Shown here: positions 14,157-25,249 of the stretch, in pieces | How positions within the stretch are numbered: position 1 is the first letter of the stretch | Layout: the number at the start of each line of letters is the position of its first letter | NCBI RefSeq assembly: GCF_009914755.1 | Contig: NC_060944.1 | Strand: one strand, 5' to 3' | Length of the DNA: 64,000 nucleotides | Origin: the human T2T-CHM13v2.0 reference genome, Homo sapiens | The notes under the pieces: model-generated | What the model was told of the DNA's origin: nothing | Databases searched by the model: none | Seen by the model: the letters and a program-made list of their open reading frames with translations, nothing else | Position numbers and translations under genes: made by a program

Positions 14157-15904
14157 CAGATCCAGAGCCAGAGCTCTACCTCGATCCTTTCTGCCCTCCG
14201 GGTTTCTCCAGTCAGAAATTCCCCATGCAGCATGTGCTGTGTAATCATCCCCCCTGGATCTTCACATGCTTGTGTGCAGAAGGTAACATCCAGCCTGGGG
14301 ATCCGGGCCCAGGGGACCAGGAGAAGCAGCAACAAGCCTCTGAGGGGAGACCCTGGAGTGATCAAGCAGAAGGTCCTGAGGGAGAAGGTGCCATGCCTTT
14401 GTTTGGAAGAACCAAGAAAAGGACTCTGGGAGCGTTCTCCAGGCCACCCCAGAGGCAGCCAGTCAGCTCTCGGAACGGCCTCAGAGGGGTGGAGTTAGAA
14501 GCCAGCCCAGCTCAGACAGGGAACCCTGAGGAAACAGACAAATTGTTGAAGAGGATAGAAGTCTTAGGATTTGGAACAGTCAACTGTGGAGAGTGTGGAC
14601 TGAGCTTCAGCAAGATGACAAACCTGCTCAGTCACCAGCGGATACACTCAGGGGAGAAGCCCTACGTGTGTGGGGTATGTGAGAAGGGCTTCAGCCTAAA
14701 GAAGAGCCTCGCCAGACACCAGAAGGCACACTCGGGGGAGAAGCCAATTGTGTGCAGGGAGTGTGGACGAGGCTTTAACCGGAAGTCAACGCTAATCATA
14801 CACGAACGGACACACTCCGGTGAGAAACCTTACATGTGCAGTGAGTGTGGGCGAGGCTTCAGCCAGAAGTCAAACCTCATCATACACCAGAGGACACACT
14901 CAGGGGAAAAGCCTTACGTGTGCCGGGAATGTGGCAAAGGCTTCAGCCAGAAGTCAGCTGTCGTGAGACACCAGAGGACACACTTGGAGGAGAAGACCAT
15001 CGTGTGCAGTGACTGTGGCCTGGGCTTCAGCGACAGGTCAAACCTCATCTCCCACCAGAGGACGCACTCTGGGGAGAAGCCCTACGCCTGCAAGGAGTGT
15101 GGGCGATGCTTCAGGCAGAGGACCACCCTTGTCAACCACCAGAGGACACACTCAAAGGAGAAGCCCTATGTGTGCGGGGTGTGTGGGCACAGCTTCAGCC
15201 AGAATTCAACCCTCATCTCTCACAGGCGGACACACACTGGGGAGAAGCCGTATGTTTGTGGGGTGTGTGGGCGAGGCTTTAGTCTCAAGTCACACCTCAA
15301 CAGACACCAGAACATACACTCAGGAGAGAAGCCCATTGTGTGCAAGGACTGTGGCCGGGGCTTCAGCCAGCAATCCAACCTCATCAGACACCAGAGGACG
15401 CACTCAGGCGAGAAGCCCATGGTGTGTGGGGAGTGCGGGCGAGGCTTCAGCCAGAAGTCAAACCTTGTTGCACACCAGAGGACGCACTCAGGGGAGAGGC
15501 CGTATGTGTGCCGAGAGTGCGGGCGAGGCTTTAGCCACCAGGCCGGTCTCATCAGGCACAAGCGGAAGCACTCGAGGGAGAAGCCCTACATGTGCAGGCA
15601 GTGTGGACTGGGCTTTGGCAATAAGTCAGCTCTAATTACACACAAGCGGGCTCACTCGGAAGAGAAGCCTTGTGTGTGCAGAGAGTGTGGCCAAGGCTTT
15701 CTCCAAAAGTCACACCTCACCTTACATCAAATGACACATACGGGGGAGAAGCCATATGTGTGCAAGACGTGTGGGCGGGGCTTCAGCCTCAAGTCTCACC
15801 TCAGCAGACACAGGAAGACCACGTCTGTCCACCACAGACTGCCAGTGCAGCCCGACCCTGAGCCGTGTGCAGGGCAACCTTCGGATTCCTTATACTCTCT
15901 CTGA
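14157..15904 (+). CDS. ZNF133: ZNF133 terminal coding exon: spacer, 14 canonical C2H2 fingers and 1 atypical terminal finger
   Basis: ORF track 14102..15904. The true start is the CAGCAG acceptor at 14154-14159. Spliced CDS is 121+96+1748=1965 nt, or 654 aa. The protein is recognised as human ZNF133. Confidence 0.97.
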
Positions 15905-16054
15905 AGGCAAAGATGGGGACAAGGACTAAGAGTCAGAATGTTGACACTTTGATGAAATGGAGTAGAGAAATGCATTCTGTAAGTGGTCAAAGGACATTTG
16001 ACTGTTTACTTTCTCCACACTAAGTCTTCTCCATGTTTTGTGGCCTTCGGTTGT

Positions 16055-16060
16055 AATAAA
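16055..16060 (+). terminator. ZNF133: ZNF133 polyadenylation signal AATAAA
   Basis: AATAAA ~150 nt after the stop codon, followed by a GU-rich stretch (ctgtgcctgtgtccc). Confidence 0.8.
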
Positions 16061-16643
16061 CTTGGCTTCTTTATACATCTGTAACTGTGCCTGTGTCCCT
16101 CATTCACTCATCTATAACAGGGATAAGGAATGATACAGACATCTGAAACCCTTAAGTCCACTATTCCACAGGAATTCATTTCCTCGGAAAACAAGAACCA
16201 AATCATTTGCAGATTTATTAGAAAGACTGGACCTTTGTATGGGGAGAGAATCTAGGAACTACATAAAGAGATTTCACGGGATGGGAGGGGATCTTCCAGA
16301 AAGTGTAGCTTCCTCTAGTCCGGCTCCATCTGCAGCTACCCCCATCCCTTGGCTCTGACAGCCCCTTTCCTGCTTCTCTCCTCCCAGCTTTCAAACATCT
16401 CCGTTGTTGCCTTTGCCCCTGACTACCTTTGTTGTGTTTCTCAGGCTTTTTTAGTCCCTGGTCCTTCCATCGGGGGCCCTCTCACCAATACATTGTCCCC
16501 AGCACTCCAGTCCCACGGCCTGGTCTTGCAGCTGTGACCAAGCAGAGCCTTGGATCTCAGTTACACCCATATCAGACCACCAAGAAAATAGATAATCTCC
16601 AACCACCCCCAGCTATACCACCTCATCAGCACCTCCATAACTA

Positions 16644-17635
16644 CAGTCAGGCACTGCATAATGTTCGTCTGCGACGGACTGCATATACAGTGGTGGGCTG
16701 GTAAGATTATAGTGGAGCTGAAAAATTCCCGTTACCTAGTGACTTTGTAGACCTCCCAGTGGGACAAGATACAGAGGTGGATAAGACAGTGATATGGATC
16801 CTGACCCTGTATAGACCTAGGCTAATGTGTGTGCTTGTGTCTTCGTTTTTAACAACAACAACAACAAAAATTTAAAATTTTTAAAATAGAAAAAGCGTAT
16901 AGGATAAGGATAAAACAAAAAATATTTTCGTACAGCTGTACAGTGTGTTTTTGTTTTAAGCTAAGTTACAAGTGAGTCAAAAAGTAAAAAAATTTAAAGC
17001 GTATAAAGTTAAAAGCTACAGTAAGCTAAGGCTAATTTATTATTGAAGAAAGAAAAATTTAAAAATAAATTGAGTGTAGCCTAAGGGTACAGTATGTATG
17101 TCTGTAGTAGTGTATAGTAATGTCCCAGGCCTTCACACTCACTCACCACTCACCGCCTCGCCCAGAGCAACTTCCAGTTCTGTAACTTGCCATGTATGGT
17201 AAGTGTCCTATACAGGTGTACCATTTTTTTTTTGGCTTTTATGTTGTATTTTACCTTATTTTTTCTATGTTTAGATGCATAGACTCACCCAGAGCAGCTT
17301 CCAGTTCTGCAACTTACCATTTATGGTAAGTGCCCTCTACAGGTGTACCATTTTTTTTGTCTTTTATGCTGTATTTTACCTTACTTTTTCCATGTTTAGA
17401 TGCACAAATAACTTAGCATTGTGTTACAGTTGCCCACAGTACTCAGTGCCTACAGTACTCGGTGTAACCTGCTACACAGGTTTGTAGCCTAGGAGCAATA
17501 GGCTATACCATATAGCCCAGGTGTATAGTAGGCTGTGCCATCTAGGTTTGGTAAGTACACTCTATAGTGTTTGCAAAATGACTAAATTACCTAATGATTT
17601 CTCAGAACATATCCTTGTTAAGCAACACTTGACTG
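16644..17635 (+). mobile_element. Tigger3/GOLEM-type DNA transposon with an internal tandem duplication
   Basis: TA-flanked ends cagtcaggcactgcataa ... ttaagcaacacttgactg; Tigger3b-like interior. Confidence 0.85.
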
Positions 17636-18624
17636 TATATGACAATCTTTAACCATGTGTCTTCCTCAGCCCTCCAATAACAGAGATTAAACCCTTGAAG
17701 CCACATTCCCCAATCAGTCCTGTAATACCAGTGTTTAGGACTTTGAATCATGCTCCTCTATCCCAGGACCCAGTCCCCATGTCAGTCATCAGGTAACTGA
17801 TCTAAGGTCTTTAAGCCACACAGTCTCAATAGTTATCCTATCTCAGGGCTTAAGGTATTTAACCCTACATAAATATTATTAACCATACCTCCTTCAGTGT
17901 CTGGTTTTGCTCAAAATAAGTGTCCTTCAAGGTAAAGATCATCTCAAGGGTGCAACTGTAAGACCCCTTTTTAAGACTTCAGAAATATTTAAGTGTGTGG
18001 CTCCTTGACTATACACAAAATGGTTCTAAATTTTAAGGGAATCATCCCATAGCACCTTGACACTCAACCCAAATGAGAGGCTTGTCCTGAAGAGCTTTGT
18101 GGATATGGGTTTTGTCTAATGGAATGAGCTTCAATAAGAGGCATACCCTTAACGTTTGTAACAGGAACACCAGCTTGCTCTGAAAAGGACAGAAAAGCCC
18201 CTACCTCTTTCTATGGGCAGGGAGGCAGGGTGAGAAACCTACTAAGCTGCAAGCACAGGCCATTTCTCATGGAAAAGGAGGAATAACTTGGACTGCAGAC
18301 ATCATGGAGAATCACTCTCAGGGGCAGTACGGTGCTACTAAGGTAACTGGTGGCATGTGCCCAGCTGAACTGCTGAATTTCTATGAACCAGTACCTGCTA
18401 TTTCCCCATTTTTTGATAGAAGCACTTTTTCAGGGATAGTTATCCCTGAATCTACACTGGGTGTTAGATATGCTGCTTTGGTTCCCAGGTCTTCAGATAA
18501 AGCATCATCTACACCTTGACCTGATTTAGAGAATGAGATCCCGATCTTTGAGCCAATGCCATAGTGGGATAAGACTTTGGAGGCATCTTAGGAGGGATGA
18601 GTATATATTTCACATGGAATGGAT

Positions 18625-19150
18625 GTGTGAAAATCGTCTCCAAGATGGACGTAATCAATTCGTCCCTCCCTATATCTTTATTATGAGATGGGGTGAAGGG
18701 GAGTGACCTGTTACCTTCCCCATGTATCTGGGCTGGTCTTAGTGACTTGCTTCATCAAGAGGGTATAGCAGAAATGATATTATGGGACTTCTGAGACTAG
18801 TTCATAAGAAGCCATGCAGCTTCTACACTTTGAACCCTGCTGCCATGCTGTGAAAACTTCTAGTCACATGGAGAGGCCTCATAGAGGTACTCTGGTAATC
18901 AGCCATAGCTGAGCTAGCCAACAGTGAGCCTCAACTGCAGTCACATGGGAGAGCTATTTTGGAGGCCTGCCCTGTCAGGCCTTTCAGACGACTGAAACCC
19001 TAGGTGACATCTGCAACCAAGTGAGGGACCTCAAGTGAGAACCATTCAGCTGAGTTCAGTCAACCTATAGAACTGAGGCATGATGATAGTAGTTGTTTTA
19101 AGCCTCAAATTTTAGGATTGTCTGTTATACAGGAATAGATCATTGGAACA
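18625..19150 (+). mobile_element. Old MaLR LTR (MLT1H-like)
   Basis: MLT1 3' end motif gttgttttaagcc...tgttatacag..atagat...aaca. Confidence 0.7.
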
Positions 19151-20019
19151 TATAACCTTGGACTGACTTCCTAACTGATTCAAACTCGAAGTCATAATGA
19201 AAAAGGTCAGATTTGTCTATACAAAAATAAATTCTGCAAGGCAATTCACACTTACGGACAAAACAAAAGACAAACTTGATAGAGATGCTGTCTTTCCTAT
19301 CTGCATAATACCATTAGAAATGAAGTTTTAAAAATCAAAAACACAGTCGAAGATACTAAAAAATACAAGGACAGATCACAGCATAGGAAGAGAAGTCTTC
19401 TTTCATTTGAAAATATCCTTGACATCAGTAAAGGTACAAATGAAAGCCACACAGAGATATTTGCACCTGCCAGATTAGCAAAGACTACAAAATTTGGACA
19501 TAGTATTGTAGATGGTGGAAACAGGCACACTTCTACATTAGTCTTGGGAATACAAATTGCCACAAGTCTTCTGGTGGACAACTTGGTAATATCTCTCAAA
19601 ATTTAAATTCATATTCCCTTTGAGCCCAAAATCTAATTTAATGAATTTATCTAATAGCTGTGTATGTTTATGTGCAAAATGATTTAGATAAGTTATTCAA
19701 TGCAGTCATGAGTAATTTCAAATTTTAGCAAAGAAAAACATGTTCAGTAGAACTGATTAAATATAAATCATGCACAAACGGACAATATGCTGTCGTAACA
19801 AAGAATGAGAAGCATCACTATGTACTTATATGAAAGAATCACCAAGATTAATCAGTGGGAGGAGGGATGGGACAAACAGTCTGAGAACACTGTGTCCAGG
19901 GTGCTAAGTTTTAGGTTAAAAAGAGGCAATCAAAGAACATATTTTTAAAAGAACAAAGTTGGAGAACTTATACTTCCGAATTTCAAAACTTACTATATAG
20001 CTCCAGTAGTCAAATAACC

Positions 20020-21482
20020 AGTGGAGTTTTTTTAAAAATATAAGCCCAGCAGCAGAATTTTCTTCTAAAATGGCCCACAAAGACAATTTGCATTCAAATT
20101 TGCATAAGTAGGGTTTTCTAGATGTAATACCATACTATATTTTTCTTCCAAAATGGTCTTGAAAGCAGGATTATTTTTCATCCAACTTCACTAAGTCTTA
20201 TGAGTTTTTAGAAATAATTCTTATGCCAGGCTTTTCTAAAATGACCCAGAAATGTAACTTTTCATCTAAATTTGTTCAAGTTTTTAGGACATGTGGTCAT
20301 AAATTCTATGCTACATTATTTTACAAAGTTCCCCAGAAATAAATACACTTTTCATTCAAATTCATTCAAATCATGGGTTTTAGGGTACACAAATTCTTTG
20401 TCAAATTTCTCCCCAAATGAGTAAGAAACCTGAGTTTTAAAAATCCAAATTTATATAAATAGTGGGTTTTGGGGAAGTAAGTCATATGCTGGATATTTCT
20501 CCTCATATCCCCCTGGAAATGTGAAATTTTCATGCAAATCTGCTCAAATTTGGATGCTTATTGGAACTTAAGTCCTACACCAGATTTTCCTTCTAAAATA
20601 TGCAGAAAATGTCATTTCTTATCCAAATTCACTGAAATCTTAGGATCTTTGGATCTAAATCATGTGTAAGACTTTTCTTCTAAATGGCCTGGAAATGTGA
20701 TTTTTCAATCAAATTGGCTCAAATAATGAAGTTTTTTGGAAATAATTTCTATGCCAGAATTTTCTTCCAAAGTAACCTAAAAATGTGATATTTTATCAAA
20801 ATTTCCTTAAATTATGTTTTTTGGGGTAAGCTGTATTCCAGATTGTTCTTTGTAAATGGCTGGGAAATATTATTTTTTCTTAAAATTTACTAACATTGTG
20901 AGGTTTATTAGACATAAGTCCTGTCCCAGACTTTCTTTCAAAATGGCCCCAAACATGTTTTTTTCAAAAAATCCAAATTTACTCCAGTTTTTTGGCACAT
21001 CAGCCCTAGGCCAGCTTTTTCTTCCAAAAAGTGGAAGGTTTTTGGATATAAGTCCGATGCAAAAAATGTTTTTCCAAAATGATTCAGAAAGATGATTTTT
21101 TTCATTCAGACTTGCCAGAAATGTAATTTTGGACATAATTGCATGCCATATTTTTCTTCTAAAATGGTGTAAAAAATATTTAATCCAAATCTGCTAAGTC
21201 TTAGGTGGGGGCAGGCAGTAGACATGAAGTCCTCACCATAATCTTTTCCCAGTGTGACACAGACATGCAGCTTATTTATCCATATTCATTAAAATTGTGG
21301 AGTTTTTTTAGGTTTTTTTTTTTTAACATAAGATTTAAAGCAGTTTTTCTCCCCTAGAATGGCCCAGAAACATGATCTTTCATTCAAATTGGCTCAGACT
21401 ATAGGTTAGTTTGGAAATAAATCCATGCCAGATTATTCTAAAATGGCCTGGAAATATGGTTTTTTTTTTCACCCAAATCATA
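20020..21482. repeat. Degenerate tandem array, ~17 units of ~86 bp
   Basis: A recurring ttttcttc(t/c)aaaatgg anchor at about 20068, 20151, 20239, 20325, 20415, 20505, 20596, 20682, 20769, 20854, 20941, 21027, 21077, 21162, 21252, 21357 and 21441. Confidence 0.85.
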
Positions 21483-21610
21483 GATTTCTGCTGTTTCCGT
21501 TGTAGTTCACGTGTTTTCAAGTCCTGGCATAGTGAATTACTGTTTAGATCAGGATACTGTGTCACTAGTGAATTACTGGGGAAGAAGTATACACACAAAT
21601 CCATACCATA

Positions 21611-22367
21611 TGTCGACAAAAAGAGTTGAACTCTTACATAATTGAAGAGATTTATTCTGAGCCGAGTGACCGTGGCCTGTGACACAGCCCTCAGGAGGTC
21701 CTGAGAACATGTGCCCCAGGTGGTCAGGGCACGGCTTGGTTGTATACATTTTAGAGAAGCATGAGACATCAATCAAATACATTTAGGAAATACATTGGTT
21801 TGGTCCAGAAAGGCGGGACAACTCAAAAACGGGATAGGGTGGGGTGTGCTTCCAGGCTATAGGTGAATTTAAACATCTTCTGGTTGACAATTGGTTGAGT
21901 TTGCCTAAAGACCCGGGATTGATAGAAAAGGAATGTTCGGGTTAAGATAAAAGATTGTGGAGACCAAAGTTCTCTGGAAGTCTTATGGTGGCTGCCCTTA
22001 GGGACAATAGATGACAAATGTTTCCTATTCAGATCTTAGTTAATCTCTTTACGATTGGGGGGGGGTCTGGAAGAAAAATATATAGCTATGTTAATAGAGA
22101 TTCTTTACAGATGCACGTTTTTCCCCACAAAGAATAGCTTTGCAGGGCCATTTCAAATATGACAAAGAAATATATTTTGGGGTAAAATATTTTGATTTTC
22201 TTCCTTGTCTCATAATGTTATGCCAGAGTCAGGTTGGAAAATAAGTCACGATATACAGGGTTAAATAAAACCCAACTGATGAGAATTTATGATTTGTAGG
22301 GCATGACTCCCCAGACCCCTTAGATAGGAATTTGGGCAAGATAAAAAAAATCAGAGTTTAGTTCTCA
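21611..22367 (-). mobile_element. ERV1 solo LTR, MER4E-like
   Basis: The minus strand begins TGAGAACTAAACTCTGATTTTTTTTATCTTGCCCAAATTCC; 4-bp TSD cata at 21607-21610 and 22368-22371. Confidence 0.85.
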
Positions 22368-23774
22368 CATATACCCCAAATATAAGTAGTTCTCAGTATC
22401 TGAAAATGGCTTTATTAAGGGAGTTAATATTTCTAAATATGTGTGAGACTGAACACCTTCTATTCCAATGAGTGTCTTGATATGGTTTGGGGCTAGAGTT
22501 TCTTTTGTGAAAGGAAAATAAATTCACTATGCCAAAAGGAAAAAAATGCAGCTGAAAGCTGGGTCACGCAAACAACTGTCTTGAACTGTAGTTGAATTGG
22601 GGTTTTATCTTGGAAATTCTCCTTAATGACTAAAAGTTAAGATTAACAATCAGCTGGTTTTAATTTCTTCTTACCATTAGAGCACTCAGTAATTGTATGA
22701 ATTGTGTGACCATTTTTTTGTTTTGCTTACCTGGTTGTGTTTGCCTGTTTCTGTTTTTGTTGTTTCAGTCTTTTTCCCATTAGGTTTGATCATCTCTACC
22801 CGACTTGGTCAAATCTGAAGGAAAGTTCCAAATTATGGGGAACAAAGCCTCTGAATTGTCTACATTCCTGCAGCTGGAAAAAAAAAATAAAAAAGCCAGC
22901 AAAAGGAAGAAAAGAAAGATTTTGACTACCTGAGGGGCTTTGTTTACATAACAAGGCCATCTTTCGCCAGCCAAGCCCAAACTGAAAGAACTATGGTGGC
23001 TGCCCCGCAGCGTAGTTCAGTAGCTAAAGGTTCTGCCTGCTTTCACCATAGCAGCCTGGGTTTGGTTCCTGAATCAGGTCCTTTCTGGCTTAAATTTTGT
23101 GTTATTAGTACTTTTGAAATATCAGCAGGTTGTCCCAGCTAAAACATGGTTAAAAGAGATTTAAAAGGATTTTTAAGAGCTCAGTGGTTAAAACTCAGCT
23201 TAATTAAAAGCTAATATCCAAGATGTGTGTGTATGAATATAAGGCCTTTATGCTTTTTCTCTGTCCTAGGATCTTGTTTTTTGAGAAAAAGTTTTTTGCT
23301 TCTCAGTTGACTGAGTTCTGTTTCCTCAAATTACTTTGGCCTGTCTCTCCTTCCTCTTGCCACTCTCTGCTGCATGAAGGATCTAAATAATTTCTAACAG
23401 CCTGGGATTCCTTAAAGAAAAGAGAGAAGGCACCAGACTCCTTTCTGGGGAGAAATCTCTGTTCTTCCATATGGAACCCCAAGAATATAAACAGACAGGT
23501 TCCCTCTGATCTTAAACTGCTTGCTTTTGTATTGTTACCTGATTTTTAAAAATTATATTATAGCAAGCAAACATTTTTCTTTAAAAAATGTTCTTATTAA
23601 AGGGAAATAATTTCTAATTCAAAGGTTATTTATGAAACAAGGCAAAAGATAATAAAGGTTAAAAGGAAAATAATTTTATATGAGAAAGAATTTGTATGGT
23701 AAATTTTTTGTCCCAAAATAAAATGACTGGTTATTTAAGAAAGCGGATATTTAAGATAAAACAGGAAGTCCAAG

Positions 23775-24428
23775 TGTGGCAGGCCAGGTCTCACTAATGC
23801 AGGCCTTCATAACAACTGTTTCAGCACTGACTGATTAAGTTAAATATTAAAAGCTGAAAGGGCCAGTGACCTTATGCAAAGGCTGGGCTGTAACAGAAGC
23901 CCACCAAGAGTTTTGCCTAAGCCTTTCCTGGCCTTGAAACATGACAAGATAATGAAGGAATTCTTAACAGGATACATTTAGGATTAAGCAAGTTTTATTG
24001 GGGGTCTGAAGAAACTCCCCAGGCCTCCACAAACAAGTTTACTGGGGTCTGAAGGAACTTCCCAATCCTCCATGATTTAGCAGGAGACAAGATAAGGGTA
24101 ATCACCCCGGAACCTGGACCCATTTAGATTAAGTAAATTTACTCAGGCTCCAGAGGAAGGTCTTCAGAACTCAGATCTTAGTTACAGATTAAAAGAAGTT
24201 AATCACTTATGTCTTTAGATGAATGCATACTTACACATAGACATATGGCTTAGAAGACATATAAGCTCTGGAAAACTTTGTAATTTTGAGTTGGTCTAGC
24301 AGTGTTTTCCAGGTCTTCTCCCTGTAACCGGTTACAGAAATAAAAACTCTCTTCCTCCCCAGTTCATCTGCATCTTGTTATCGGGCCACGAGAAATAGCA
24401 GCCCGACCCTCAGTTTGGTCTGGGAACA
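23775..24428 (+). mobile_element. Nested ERV1 solo LTR (LTR15-like, subfamily tentative)
   Basis: TG...CA ends, TATA-like atataa near 24260, AATAAA near 24340; interrupts the MER4 internal sequence. Confidence 0.75.
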
Positions 24429-24882
24429 TAGGCATATATCATAAATGGTTTGTGTAAGTCATAATAAACTTTGTAAAAGGAGAATTTATATAAAAAAACT
24501 TTATGTGATCAAGTTGGCTATAGTTAAAAGAAAATTATTTCTAAAAGTCTCTGTAGAGATTAGGCTTTGATATTAAAATACCCTAATACTCAAAAGAATT
24601 GGTTAGAACAACAAAATTTTCTTAAGGTATTGATTTACTCTTAATGAAATTACAGGAGATTTTTGTTAACCCCAAAATTTAACTTTTATTGTGTCTTGCT
24701 GTTTTCAGTTTTCTCTCCCCTTTGAGAAGGCCTGAGATAATAATTCACTCCAACTTTTTCATCAGCTCCTCTAACTTTTTATCCTTAGTTTCTAAATGCT
24801 GTTGTGACCTAATGCTAAAAATGTTTTATCTTAAAGGTTTAAAGGAAATGTTTTCTTCCAATATAACATTCTGTGCTCTTAG

Positions 24883-25249
<367 letters not shown>

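Noticed and set aside
15009-15861. Alternate-frame and antisense ORFs over the finger array (e.g. 15009..15635 +, 15220..15561 -)
   Set aside because: Expected by-products of repetitive, GC-rich C2H2 codon usage; no independent gene structure.
20020-21482. The tandem array as a decayed C2H2 zinc-finger array (84-bp period) duplicated from ZNF133
   Set aside because: The period centres near 86-87 bp, and by eye I found no Cys-X2-Cys/His-X3-His or TGEKPY codon pattern in the consensus.
20020-21482. CRISPR-like array
   Set aside because: Primate DNA; units are homologous along their whole length with no unique spacers and no cas genes.
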